The position numbers and the translations under genes are program-made. DNA of 51,422 nt, filler included, from Sphacelaria rigidula (lineage: Eukaryota), in the NCBI GenBank assembly GCA_964200075.2. It is 3 parts of 3 records of this genome, joined end to end, with 100 filler letters (N's around TTAATTAATTAA, not from the genome) between each part and the next. Parts side by side here need not be neighbours in the genome. Positions count along the whole stretch, not along the records: positions 34,365 to 51,422 come from CAXNAA020001176.1; 2 more parts are not named here. One strand, 5' to 3'. The notes under the pieces are model-generated. The model did no database searches and was not told the DNA's origin. It worked only from the letters and a program-made list of their open reading frames with translations. The number at the start of each line of letters is the position of its first letter. Within the stretch, counting starts at the first letter, position 1. Of this stretch, positions 34,365-48,500 are shown piece after piece.

Positions 34365-37300
34365 ACCATGCTCAACAGTGGAGAGCGACTACTTCGTGGG
34401 TACACAAAATTCGACTTAACGATCTACGAGGGAAAGGAACTGCTGAACCCCTCTCGCGATAAAAAATAAAAGGCAAGCACCGCAGAAGGAACGTGGTGGG
34501 GTACTAAAAGCAAGTAAAAAAGAAGCTTCTGTGGTGACCTTCCTCCTGTGTGACCCCGGTTGATGCGCCCACATATCCCGAAAGGGGTAGACTGGCGCCC
34601 AGAATAAATGGGACGACAACACACACACACACACAACACACAACACACACACTGTTGGCCCTGAATCATGCGTTTTTTTTTTGCGAAAGTTGGTGTACAT
34701 GCTCTGCATGGACTGCGGGCGCTGTTCCCTTGCCTCGGGATTGACTTTTGAGCGACTTAGGCCTCGCACAGACGGCTCCAATTCGCACGATTACCTGTAC
34801 CTGCGTGTGGGCTGGAATGCGTGGTGATGTACCCACTTTTGTCTTTTGCACAATTTCAATTTTTTACAGTACAGGCAGGTACAGGCGGATATTTGGAAAG
34901 GAGTCAAATTAAGCTGACCCAAGAAACGAAATAAAAGGGAAAATGCTGTAATATTGGTCTTCGAAGAGTTGATGCTCACCTTTCTTCAAAATTCTAGATC
35001 CTCACTCTCAAACCTTGCTTGAGGTATGACCAGAAGCTGATGTTTCTCAAGTGGGACCAGCCTGTTCTGTGTAACATACGTGTAACTTACCTATGATTTT
35101 CTGAAATTAGTTACATGTATGTACACGGCGCCGGCGGGTGACATCCCAGTGCTCATCGAGAACGATCTGGGCAATGGCGCTGAATTCACCACCGATGATA
35201 TCACAACGTTTCCGCAGTCGTGGGTGCCCATGGTCACGAAATGTAGCAGTCAGTGCGTACGGTAAAGCAGCAAGACAGTGTGTCGACCAAAAGAAATGCG
35301 CTTTACTCTCCTTTCAAAGGTCTAAAGCTTGATCATAGTTCTATTTGTCCGTTGCTCACTAGTGCTTCGTGGCAAATATGACGGACCGGAAGGCTAGAAT
35401 GTGTAGGGAATAGGAAACGTGTCCAAAGTGGATACGCTTGAACGACTCTGGCCACTGAAATCCGGGAAAATGCGTGAAATGTTACAGATGTGAGCCTTAC
35501 GGGGACCAGAACGTTGCACTCCTCAGCGTTCCTTGGGGAATAATACACACCGTAGACAATAGATTACGTGTCAAAGAGTGTATTGCGTACAGTGTGGAAG
35601 AGATTGTCTATTGCAACGGACGCGATAGTCGATACCGTACGTTTCTTGGCAATGCAATCTATTGTCATTGCCCAGCGTGTGGAATATGACTTCCTTTCAC
35701 TACACTAATGCCGGGAGGTAACCACTGCTCTACATCTGATGTAGAGGACATCAGCTCCCGAATACTGTCAAGACCAGAAAATGGTATATTCCCTGCGTTT
35801 TCGCCGTTATAGTAGGCCATACTGCATGAGAATTGAGCTTGTTCCGTGGGAGGTTTCAGTCTTCGGATATTTGACACAGTTTCTGGCTCTCAAAACCCGA
35901 AATATCGGCGTCACGCGTCTCTGATGTTGAGCATCGCGTCACTGAAAGGAGTCTTGGCCTTTTTCCCGATTCATTCGGCTCCGAGGTTGTGAAGACGACC
36001 TCGTAACAAGAACCCATACGGAAATGAAACCTATAGTGATATTTGCTAACATCTCAATCATCCTCCCATTTTCATTGTCAGCCGGAATTTCGTTTGGAGG
36101 CCCTTCTTGACCCTTTGGGAGAGAGAGAGAGTGAAAAAGGAAAAATGGACTGAACCTCTCCCAGTCAGGTGATACATGTTATCCAAGACCCGTGATGACG
36201 ACGTTTCCGATGTTTGGATCCAAAACGTCTGTCGAACTCCCCAGAACTGGAAAATCCAACCGACAAAAATCCATTGCCGATGAAAGATCACCACGGGGCT
36301 CAATGGTCAGCGAGGTTCCATGCGTGCAAACAAAGACAAGGCATCACCGATGTTGTTCACGAGAGAGTATACTGAACACCGAAAAAAGGTAACCAGAATG
36401 GAATTTTGCAGGCCAAAACAGTTGGCGTCCAACTCAAGGGCAGTAAAAAACGAGTAAACACGTCTTGGTATCTTGGGTCAGTGCAGGGTACAGGACAGCT
36501 TTTGATGGATTGCTTGCAGCGTTTGCAGCTCCGCTTACCCCCATCCCGCTCCTTCTTTTCCGTTCTTGTTCTTGGAGTACAGTTGGAGAAAGGAAGCAAT
36601 TGCACTTTTCCGGTAGAAACTACTGCAATTGGGTCAATCCCACATCTGTTTTTGCGCCTCGGAGCCTCGGAAAAACTTGCTGACCCTCGTGCTCTTTGAC
36701 CGAAACACATGTCATGATCAATGTCCTACAACGAACGAAGGGCAAGTGCAAACCCGAAAGCGCTACACTAACTTTGGAATAAAAGACAGTAGGCAAATAA
36801 TATACCGACATCCGAGACACATATCAACTCTGAAGCACCCAGGTTGACTGCCAGCTTAAAAGACACAGAAACGCAAGCAATGCATTCGAAGGCAACGTTC
36901 TCACGGAGCTGCAGCTAAACAGCAAGAAAAAAACGCAAGTACAGCAGGGCACCACAGATGTGGAAAACATTCCGAAAAATCAGCACGCTTGGAAGGCGAT
37001 GTCCGATTAAAGAGATTTGGAGCCAGGGATTAGCGGGCGAAGATACGATGACACAATAGCCATTCTAAAGCAAGCGGACAAACCGATAGCCCCACCTCAG
37101 AGAACACCGGTGTCTGCAGCATGCCCTGCTCACGGGACTCCTCGAAGGCACGGGTCTGTCTCGGAATACCCCCACAAAACACGTGTGGGGGTTGAGGCCT
37201 GTACCTTTTTCGTCACACTTTGGACCCTTCTCCCGCCTCGGGATGAATCTGTGGTCTCAAGGGATCAATCCATCTCTGTCTTGGTGACACGCATTACACT

Positions 37301-37454
37301 TTTTGCTATCGCGGATTGGATCAGCCCTCCTGCACCGCGTTGGCTCTCGTGAAAGTATCTTTTTCTTTTTCTTTATCTTCTTTCTACTCACGTCCCCACA
37401 TCTTCGACAACGGAAATCAGACTCTTCTTCTCCGGAAAAAAACGAAATATATCT

Positions 37455-37528
37455 TTCGGGATTTCGAACCCGCGTTCATTCTCTCCAACTGCTTCCAGTT
37501 GTATCATTTTCAATTTAGACCACCGAGG
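37455..37528 (-). mobile_element. Degenerate tRNA-derived SINE head
   Basis: Minus strand cctcggtggtctaaattg (A-box-like) ... gcgggttcgaaatcccg (B-box-like); no complete cloverleaf. Confidence 0.4.
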
Positions 37529-38702
37529 TGGCTCTTCACCCCCTAAAAAGAAACATGAGCTGAAGACGAACCTGCCCTGGACCGCTCAACTGAGGGGGGG
37601 GGGGGTGATTGAAGCGCTTGGAAACAAAACATAAATCAGAAGACTAGGTTCTATGCACAAGCTATAATAAAAAGGCTATGTCCCTCGTCTCTCCGGCGAA
37701 AGCGAACATACTCTACGCGAACGGGGACACTGAAATCCCAGGGGGGTGGGCTCTAGGCAATGAAAGAGGACACAGGGACAGGAGGGACGGGGTGGAAGGG
37801 AACTGTTCGGTGAAGGACTGGAAATCTCGGAGCTTTGCTGGTAATTGCTGGTGACAAGCTCTTGCGGTGGAAATAACAAAAATTACAGAATCGAAACGAC
37901 TGTGAGAAGGCCCCATTTTGGTAAGACATGAAGCTTGACTCTCTCAAGGTAGCACATGGGTAGAAACCACCAAGTACCCAGCACACATCAAGCACTGGTG
38001 TAAAAGTCGCAGCGTGCCTTGCACGTATCACAGGAACGCTGCACCAATATTTTCACCGCTGAAATCTCCGTGGTCGCATTGAGGTGGGCCTTTGGCCCTT
38101 TTTGTACAGTGTGAATCCTCATACGGACGTGGTGACACTGTCACTTGGGGGTACACGTCGAGTTTTCATCCACCAACCCACACGGCGACGGCGGTTCGAA
38201 ATAACGGGCTCGTATTGGTGCGGCGATCCGATGACGAGTACTAGGCACACTCGGTATTCACCTCATTCTTCTAGTGTGATCAGTAACTGTCTAATTTTGG
38301 TCTGAAACAACAGAGAGAGAATTGCCCGGCAACCTGCAAGTATCATCTGATCGATTTACGGATAATTTTCGGCTCATCTTGTGCCCGATAATTGCTTGGT
38401 TTTGGAATGATCAATAACTGCTCGCCTTGACATCGGTTGCAGTACGGTACCTCTACTGCACCGGAACACGTGAACTATCCTAGCACTGGGCAATATTTGT
38501 CATCACGATCATCCGTGGTACCTGGAGGCTGCCCGCTCCTCCGAATCCCCAGGCCTCGGCCGTGTAGTACCTCTCATTCTAAGTAGCTTGGGTTGTTTTG
38601 AGGTTTTTCTCGCGAGCTACTGTTTAATATAACTCGAAAGTAATAGCTTTGGTAGATTTTGGTAAAGTAAACAGATCGTCCTACGAGTAGATACCCCTTT
38701 TA

Positions 38703-39000
38703 TCAGGAGGGTGATATTGACGGCGAAACACAGCTTTTCGGCTCTAGTGTAATGAGTAGATAAAATCTAAAAAAAAAAGAATTGTCATTGTTTTACAAGT
38801 ACGATCGACCGAAAGTACCGAAGAGTCAGAATTTAGGGCTGAAAAATGGCAGGACGCCCGATGACCGGTTAGCCCGTAAGTCACTCAATATTGAATACAG
38901 ATGTTTTTTTCTTGAAATGTGGAGCGGATACTAATATCTTCAGATCTCCAATGTGATTAGCGGTGGCAAGCGAAAGAACCTAAGGAAATCACCGATTAAG
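38703..39000. repeat. Dispersed non-autonomous repeat, copy 2
   Basis: Colinear with 25383-25700. Confidence 0.8.
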
Positions 39001-39378
39001 AAAAGATGACCAAATACCCTACTCTGAACGTGAGGTGCTGTAATGACCTTCACCTCAAAGGGGAGTTGTGCATTCCACCGTGTCGTTGGTGGGACACCTT
39101 GTCGTAGGAAGGAAAATATAGAGGCTCAAGATACATAGAGGGCTCCAGGCGAAGAAATAGATGGCAATACTTCGACTTTCAAGCTTCTCTACAGGCGCAA
39201 GCAAAGGGGTATTTGAAACTTTCAGAGGTAAATACCGCGACATTATGGCGACGGTTGCAAATATATCCGAAAACGTACCGTTTTTTAATGGTACTTTTCG
39301 ATGGTTGTTCAGATTTAGACAGTTGATATGCGTTCTCTCAAACACACCTGAAACTCCAGGACGATCCAGTCCGATGGA

Positions 39379-39516
39379 ATGTACCTCACCCTGAGGCACG
39401 CTTTCGGTGTGGAAGGATACATCCGTGACAACGTCGCGTTCGTCACGGTGCCAGACCCAGACGCCGATGGGGGGGGCTTACTGCTAGGATATCTCATTCA
39501 TCCGGTCGGACAGCAG
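39379..39516 (+). CDS. CFAP57: CFAP57-family exon (MYLTLRHAFGVEGYIRDNVAFV...HPVGQQ)
   Basis: Matches the family N-terminus; CAG|gtacgc donor. Confidence 0.75.
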
Positions 39517-42500
39517 GTACGCGCGTGTGTAGCATAGGTGGCGGAGTACCATGTACGCCACGTGTCACGAGTTTCGCTGAAGACCTCGACCTCAGAAGAG
39601 ATATATCTGCGTCGATCGACATTTCTCTACAAAGCAACACCGCGTTTCCCCCGCCTTTCCCAAAGATAAACGAGAACAATACGCCATCAGTCACCCCCGG
39701 TGTACATTACTGACGGAAAAAAGGAGGCAACAACGTCCATCATTCACCGTCTACATATTGAAGAGAACGCAGCTCACCGGACATGTCTAATTGGTCTTGT
39801 ATCTTTTTGTCCAAGGACCCACCTCTTTCCGGCCATGTATTCCCCCGCTATGTACAACAGTATTCTTGCTCTTTTAGCCAGCCAGAGGGGCGAGCTACAC
39901 ACCGTTAGTGTACTTCAGACACCGCGCGAAACAGCTCCCACCGTACGACCGTCGCACAGTGGTTTACGCACGTAGACAATTACGGACAAACAGATTATCA
40001 GCAAATAATCGGACTTTGTCTCGTTTGGTTGATATCCCAATATCTCCGGCTTGAGTGAAGTGGCGCCCCTACCAATGAACTAGGTTGCGATGCATCGCGT
40101 TGATGATGGCAGCGTGAAGTTCCTCGTCCAGAGGCAGAAGAACGTGCGAGAGATCCTAGCCCTGTGCGTGTCCCCCAACAAACGGGTGATCGCGGTCTGC
40201 GAACGAGGGCGGGCCCCCGATGAGGATCCCGGCAGTGCTCAGGTGAACATTCAACTCCTTGATGCGCTACACATACAATGTGAGATCGTTGTCGAAGTAT
40301 CAATCGTATCGTGTGTAATGAGCAGGTCATTCGTATCTCCATCTTTGACCTACGGAGCGCCGTCTGGACCATGACCAGACGATGTGCTATGGAAAAAAGA
40401 TCGCCCAAATGTATTGACTGTGGTGCATATTGCTGCCGGAGTTATCCACGGTGCATCGATTTCCCCGAGCCGTAGACGATCTATGTTCACCGACAGAGCA
40501 GACGCATCGAGTTGCTTTGCTCATATCGCCGACAAAATTTTCTCCTGTTCCCAAAATGATGTGATCAATATACAGTAAGTTGTATAGTCTCAATTCTCAA
40601 AACTCCACTATTCTCTGAGACCCACGACCCGCCCGCAGGGGCCCTGGCACCGCCGTTCCTCTGTAAGCATCGTCATTCGCAAACAGCAAATTCACTATAA
40701 AAAACGCAGGGATTGAGATTGTACCCCGCGGACTACCGTCGAGGAACAAGGGCCGGTGTCTGTGCACGGTAGCACGAATCGTGCTAGGAATCGTTAAAAA
40801 AATCCCTGTAGTTACTCATCTGTACTCCGAGAGCTTGTCACCCGTCCTCCCTCTCGCTCCACACGGCACTTGGCAGCACCGCGACCGCCCTTGCGCCGTA
40901 TCTTTAGACGAAAACGTAAACGCCAGCGTCCCAACCATACATGCCCTGCAGCGGATACGTTCGAACGCTCGTTCACACTCTCACGCCAAAAATATCCCCG
41001 TGCGTATTGCCCCGAGACCGACGTGCATGCAGGTCTCCGTCTACCTCGTGGGCAACTGCAAACGCATCCGCACGATGCTGTTTCCCGGGAGGGGAGATTT
41101 CGTGTCTTGTTGCTTCTCGGGCGACAGCAAGTGGCTGGCGACTGTGGGTTCATACCTGGACAGCAATATCGTCGTATGGAACTGGGACAAGGAAAAGGCA
41201 AGTGCTGTGGAAATGCAGACGACTGGCAGGGGGTGGGGGATGGCCACACCCGGAAAACGGTCCGGGGGACAGGGCCTCTGGAACCACGGGGGGCGCTCCC
41301 GGCACTTGATTGCTAGCTTGCGTCCGCGAGTAGTCTTGAAGCCGGTGGTCACGGCCCTTGTCCCATTGCTATGTGTGGCGGAAGATGATTCCCCACTCTC
41401 TCTCAAACGAATGAAAATGATATCCTCTGACACACGGTACACGTCCTGTTTATATCTCTGCTGTTCATTATCTTCAGGCAGGCTGATGTATCGTCTGCCT
41501 GGGGGAACCGAAGTGCTCAAGGGCCAGCTCTGGCATAGTTAAATACTCTCCAACATGTCAACCGTGCCATGGCACGTTCGGTCGTGTCTTGTTCCCTCAC
41601 ATCACGTTACACCAGGTCTAGTTTGTTGCGAATATTGCCCCTCCCTCCCTGCCCCACCTGCCCTGCCATGCTCCCCCATCAATCTCCCTCAACAAGGTGG
41701 ATAAAACCGCCCAGAACCACGGCTTCAGCGCCACACGAGTGGCCTTCGACCCAGGAAATCACAATTTCTTGACAACTAGCGGCCTAAATCACTTGCGGCT
41801 GTGGTACGCATCCTCGGACAACGTGCTGAAGGCGCACGCGATCTTACCGCAAGCAAGGGAGCAGGTGATTGGTTGGGGGGACAGCCTACAGTGAGGGCTC
41901 TCGCACTGCGTCCGCGCTACGATCCCGCACTCCGGGAAAACATTGACCGTGAAGTAGACAAACACAGATACAGAATGTAGTAGCCTGTAGCATCAAATGA
42001 GGAAATACAAAAAACCACTAGCAGGCAGGTACAAATCGACGATGCCAAAGCCAACGACAAGGAGATGAAAATGCACTTGTACCTTTTTTGTCCGTACAGC
42101 GGGCGAACAACTCAGACAGACAAACGTATGCATGTATGTACGTGAATTTGTTTTCAGTACCACCTTCATACTCGTACATCACGGGGGCGAATAAGTAAAC
42201 CTATCATGTCTTGGATCGTTTGCATGGATGAGATCACGACCCAACAATGTAGAGCCAACGGAGAGCTGGTTCCGCCCCGCAGTTTTTAATGGTCAAATGA
42301 CTAAGGCAAGCAACAAATGAGTACGCCCCCCGCAGTTTTTGCTGTGTTTCCTGTAGCAACGGCGTTCTTGGACGAGGCCCTGCCCTGTGGCAAGTCGCCT
42401 CCAGTTTTCACGCTGCGTAGTGAACACACAGCATAGCCGCTGTCAATTAAGAGAAGGTACGCACGAAGCGTTTGCCGGTCATGTTCGCTTCTCTATTACC

Positions 42501-45500
42501 TGGTACGTTTTGTCGTGAGCAGGAGAACTTCGCGGATCACACTTGGATCGGAGGCACGGCGGGGCAGCCCACGAGGATGGTGGCGATCACAGACGGGGAA
42601 GTTGGTGCTGGAGCGACGTGAGCCGATCATGACGGGCGTTCGAAAGCATTAGTGGTACTTCTGCATGCAATGTTTCTGTTACTCTGATACGTGTAGGCAA
42701 CGGTCAAAGCTGCCGTCGCATCATTGTTTTTGGAACAGTAGTTCGAGCCACTGACGTGCCTCGACGATAATGTACGCTTATATCGTCACTTGAGGGCTGG
42801 CATATTTTCAGGACAGAAGAAAAGCGGGATAAACATATGGAACACAAAACACGATATACATCCTTGTAAAATGTTTGGAAGTAAAGGTTACCAGGGCTCT
42901 TTTCGGGTCAGCCCGACGTCGGCTGAGTAGGCGAAACGTCCGTATGAGGGGGGTGGAGACACAGAGCTGATAGTCGATGCCACCGACAAGACACTTGTCC
43001 CGTAGCGTCTATACAGAAACCGATCTCAACGAAGTGTGTGCTATACGGTTGTCAAAGGATGACCTTCTCGAGACAGTACGCATCATAACTAAGCGTGGCG
43101 GCGTCCAGCTTTGATGCCGTGATCGTGCTAGGGGACCGAGCCCTTTCGCCCACTACACTACGCAATCTGCCACCCCGTGCAACTTACGTTTACCGTAAAA
43201 TGTCAACACCTGGCTCCAGCCGTTTTTTTGAATGCGAGCTTTGTACTGTTGTCGTCCCGGCTGGGCCAAATCAAATCATTTCAACGTTCAAGGGAGACGT
43301 TCTTTTTCGTTTTATTTTGCTTGTCGTGTAATGCAGATGTATTTAAACTATTTTATGCTCCACAGTACAAGGACAGTGCCTGAACTACAAAAGTTGAGAC
43401 ATGACATTTAATTTAATTTAACGGGGTTCTCTTCGTGATACGTACGGTAGTAGAGCACTCTTTTTCTCCTCCAGCCCATAAGTTTTTTCCACCGTCATAT
43501 TCTACTCTCGTCGGCAGCGCGTTGGACTGCACGTGCTCATAACATCGGCCACCCCATGTACGTACTAGGCGAACCAAACTAACCGATCGCGGGAAATACA
43601 ACCAACAGTCCGCCCGGCCCGACCCCACCCCATGCGCGTCCCCGCGTCCCTTGCTCATCGGACCCCCTTCCTCGGCGCCAAATACAACACCTGGTGCGCG
43701 CAACGACAAACGGCGGCGCGCACAGCGGGAAACGTGTAGCGTCTGTTTTGGTGTTTGATTCGGTCGACGGGTCACCATATCTCGAGCTGAAGCAAACGTT
43801 GCAAGCCCCTCTACCACTCACGTCGCGCCTGGAAACCCTCATGGCGTTCAGTAAAGGTTTCATCGTTGCTGGGGGCGGAATTAACGGTTACCTCGGCGTC
43901 TACGAGAATATGGTGAGCGTCGTCCCTGGAGGCTGTCGGAAATCACCGCTTGCAAGTCTTGACTTGCGGCACGGCCGAGCGGGGGAGGGATCAAGTCGCG
44001 GGCAAGGGGCACCCAAAGTTATGCCCGTCGCAGTTTGCTGCTCGATCCGATAAGGGCTTTCCCGTGAACACATACAGGGGGGAATGGGGGGATGCATCTC
44101 ATTTCAGACAACTTGGCTGATTTTTTGTTGCTCTCACAGAAAGTTGTAAGTTCACCTCCCCTCACGGACAGGAGGACGCAGGATGGCGTAGGGGCAGGCG
44201 TGGACGGTGTACACATGATCTGGCATGCCTGCGCAGGCGGGGGGGGTGGGAAACTTTTTGATGCAGTCGCAATCCGTCTGTATAGAAACAATTCGAACGT
44301 TGAGCGCGGGGGTTTCCGCTGCGCGCCAGTGTAATTCCTTCTGGGAATACGTGCTAAGGAGATATTTCACACCAAGAGGTGACACTGCGTTCTCTAGAGC
44401 AGTCTCCCAGACCCGTTTTGATGGTAGACATCAGCGTGCTCGTTTTCGCGTCTCTGTAGAAACCAGCCAACAGATTCATGTCGCCTGTGTTGAACAACCA
44501 GCACAGATAGAGTGTCACGATTGTTTTGGTTTATATTTCTTGTCTTGTATCGCAAGTTATGGATATTCGGGTGGACCTATGACACCCATAGAAACACGGA
44601 GCTCGAGATTACATTTCTCAAGAACACATGCCTCAAACTCTTGGTATGCCCAAACACAGCCGGACAGAGGCGAAAGGGAAGGTATCACGCATGTTAGTGA
44701 GCATTTTCCCACTACATCCACAGTTGTACTACGATATTATCAAAAACAAAGTGCTTGTGCCCACAGGTCCTAAAGAACCCAACGCGCGCGTTCAATACGT
44801 CTACAACCCTGCCAATCGCGTCGCGCTTGACCGACTCCTCAACAGCCACTAGTTGGTGTAGAATCGAGCCCTTGTACACCGCATAGGGAACGTAAATACC
44901 GCACCGGAACCTTTTCGACTTTCCATTGCTGCCGTGTAAAGATTTTCCTCAAGGGCTCGGCCGCTAACATAGGGCTGTCAAGCATTTTCGAATACATGAA
45001 CGACAAGCATCCTCGTGCCCTCCAAAAAACGGTTGCAGGAATGGGAAGGGTGGTTGTTCCTGTGACGAGCGTTCGTTGCTCGCTTGCCTGTACCAGTTTT
45101 TCTGGTAGCAAGCGCCGATTCGGATACCTTTCGGGGTATCCAGTCGGCCGTGTGAGTGCAGATGAGGCAATGGGCGTGATTACGGTCAACCACCGCATAG
45201 CATAGCGGCTTGAAATGTGGCGGGGACGGGTGTCGCGAGCCTGAAGTCAAGTTTGCGGGGGCATGGACATCCCTTCTCGCCCTCGTCCTCGTCCTCGTCC
45301 TCCTTGTCCTCCTCCTTCTATATTTCCCTGTGGATTCACGGCGGAATTTCCCGCTTACTAAAACTGTCTACTTGGTTTTGCGATTGACTTTATATCGAAG
45401 CATAAACATGAAAACCAAGTGCCCCGAAAAGGAACTCATCTTCTTATGTGAGAAACGCCGCCTTCGTGCCAACTTGAGTAATCCCTCATGACCACTCTGT

Positions 45501-48500
45501 GAAATCCCGTGTGTGCGTTGAGACGAAACCAAGCGTTCAGCTTCGCCTCGCTCAAGATTCTGTCTAGATCTTGAAAATAAAGTGATGTTATTCCTTGCCA
45601 TCACTGCAGGACGACGCCCGAGACCCATACATGCTAATCAGGAGCTTTTCCGCCAAGGGTGCGGTTCTGGCGGGGATAACGCTTAATCGGAGTGCGGAGA
45701 TATTGTACGCATATTCGAAGACCAAGGAGATACTGGTGAGGATGAGGGCTCCCTGAAATACCCGCAGCACAGACACTTTCTACGATAGCCCCCCCCCAAA
45801 AAAAGTGCATGGTTTTGGGAGGCAAAATCTTCACGTNNNNNNNNNNGGGAATTCCCACGCTTGGGTTCGTCCTAGCCAATGTCGCCAATATGAGGCGCTT
45901 TATGCAGCCTGAACCCGAACATCAGGCGCTGCCTGGCCAGTTTTTTCGTGACTCGTTTAGCTGGTTTTGGGGAGAGACTATCGTAGAAAGTGTCTACAGT
46001 ACACATCCGATTCACCGGCGCCACGTGATATCTCTCGCTTTCGGGTGTTGGTGCCTGTGCTCGTCGGGATTCTGGACAGGGCGGGGGATTTTCCACCAGA
46101 GGCGGGGATTATCCTTGTGCCTTCTACCTCAGGGCATCTTTCACACGAAACCTGTAGAACAACGCCAACACGTGTATTTAGCCGAGGATATGTTAACCTA
46201 CTTCCAGTAACAGATACGTCCGACAAAGTCGTCTGTGTTTGCGCTTTTTCCGACATGGTCGGTGGCAGAAAATCGGTCACCGTTCGTCACTGTCCTTTTT
46301 GTGTACGCTGCTTGAATACATCCCCCCCCTGCCCCACTTCCCCCTGCTTCCACGCCCTACTCTCGCATCGGAAAATATCTCCGCTGGACAATAAACACGA
46401 ACACACAAGAGCAGACTTTCAATCTGGGGCATATGGATGTTCTGGACGACGACGGCAATCACTTTCAAAGCCTCCTTCAGGGCGGAAACCACACGGCCCC
46501 CGTTGTGGCTATCGACGCGTGCCTTACCAAGCCGATCGTAGTCACCGTGGGTGATGATCGTGTGCTTAGGGTTTGGAGTTATCTGAAGTGAGTAGTACTG
46601 GGAAGCCGAACAAGACGGATGACTAATATATAATTATGTACGTATATATATAGAGAGATTTAGGCCGGGGGCAGGGCCGGGGTTTAGGTGATCATCTGTT
46701 CAACCCTTGAAGCTCGACCAGATAGGCAACAACGTTTGATGACAATACGTTTATCAAAAGACGGTGATTAGAGGTATCTCGAACTCGGCTCCCGGTATCC
46801 TGGTTTGTTTTGTTCTATTTTTTCAAGTGAAAGAGATACCGAATCATCAGATGGTGAGACCCTTTGACCGCCAGGTCAGGTCCTCCTAAGAATCGCGATC
46901 ACCTTCACTCGGAAAAATAGGACACAACTCAGAGCCAGCGAATAAACCAGGATACCGGGAGCCGAGTTTGAGATACCTCTATTACGTTACTTCAATATGT
47001 GTGGACACACCTAAACGCTCCTGTGTTCAAGGGTTGCGGCGGGAACAGACAAAAAAAAGAACGTCATTGACGTCGCTGATGCCTCATGTTAGTTGAATGT
47101 AAAATTGCATCCATGCAGTTCGCGCCTGAAAAAGATCAGACGTGTTGCTTTCACCTGCCAAAATTGATATGTTCGCGTCCCTTACAGTAGATGGACGTGC
47201 TCGGAAATTGTCCTTCGAGCAATGTAGCGCCTATGACATTGCCGGGAGTGGTAGCGGTGTGGTGCTTAAGTCGCTTATCCACGACACAAGCCTGTAAATG
47301 TAGTGCAGGTGGATGCCTCCTCGTACGAAGCAGACTGTACCAGCGATCTTGGAGGCTAGTGGCTTTACCGTCTCAAGAGGCTACCGTGGAGGCTAGTCTA
47401 CATGAGGTTCATGCACGTTGGACGTCTTGTGGGTGTTGAATTATCCAAAAATACGATAACATGCAAACTCGCGCGTGATGAAACTTCTGTCCCTCTGCCC
47501 TCTACAAACGTAGTGACACTTCTGTCTGTGACAAGGACGTCCATCTGGGACGCCCACCTCCACCTAGGATGTCTTAGACGGACATCCATCGGGGATATGA
47601 ACTTCCACGTGTGGCGTCCATGGGGATATCAGCTGCATGTAGGACAGGAACTTCAGTTCCCCGTGGGATATTCCATGTGAGACATCAGCATCAATCAAGG
47701 TGGTGGGATCTCCATCTGTGACATGGGCATCTATCCGTGACGTCCCAGACGGCTGTTCATGCGGAACCTGCGAAGGATCCATCTGTGGGGTTCACGTGGG
47801 ATGTCTACCTCGAATGTGAACGCGCATCTGGAACATCCAGCTGTGATATCAATTTGGAGGATGGATGTCCACCTGGGACGTCCCACTCGTCAGAAACGTA
47901 CATCACCTCTGAGCAAAGGTTTCCTGGATGCAGGTTCCTCGTAGCCCAACCTACCCGAAGCCGAACCCCGAAGCTCGGAGGAACCGGGCTCGTGGAGAAG
48001 CCTAGGCACCGGGGATCGTCGACCCGGTTCAGAGTGCGCTAGTGCAGCAACACAGTGTGGCGTGCGTTAAGGTGGACGATGAGATGTCCCATATGGGTGT
48101 TCCACGTGGATGCAAAGGCACCCCGACTAGAACGTCCCCTGATTGACGTCCCAAGTATATCTTCATGTCCAGATGGGCCGTTTGGTCCCAGATAAACACG
48201 CACCTTTCACAGTTGGAGGTTGCACGACGATGCGACTCCGTGCGGTCGGGACCACTCCACTATAGAACAAAAAGCACCCCCCCTCACAGATCGATGACAG
48301 TGACAATAAATAGATACTTACGACAACCCCGATACAGGTGGAAGTGCGAAGTGATGCACGACTTTCGGAATGAGGATCCAAATTGTGCGAGCTTACACCC
48401 GACGGGATTTCAGGTGCGCGATATATGTATGGCCCGCCACTAGCGGTTCCACAGAAGGGCTCAGCATCGTGTCTCGTGGGCTTCTGTTCTGGGAACGGCG

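Noticed and set aside
33056-39379. Head-to-head bidirectional promoter shared by the TPR gene and CFAP57
   Set aside because: More than 6 kb apart, filled with repeats, and interrupted by an artificial contig join
40781-41542. 253-aa ORF read as a complete gene
   Set aside because: Only 41033-41197 is WD40-like; the flanks are open intron sequence
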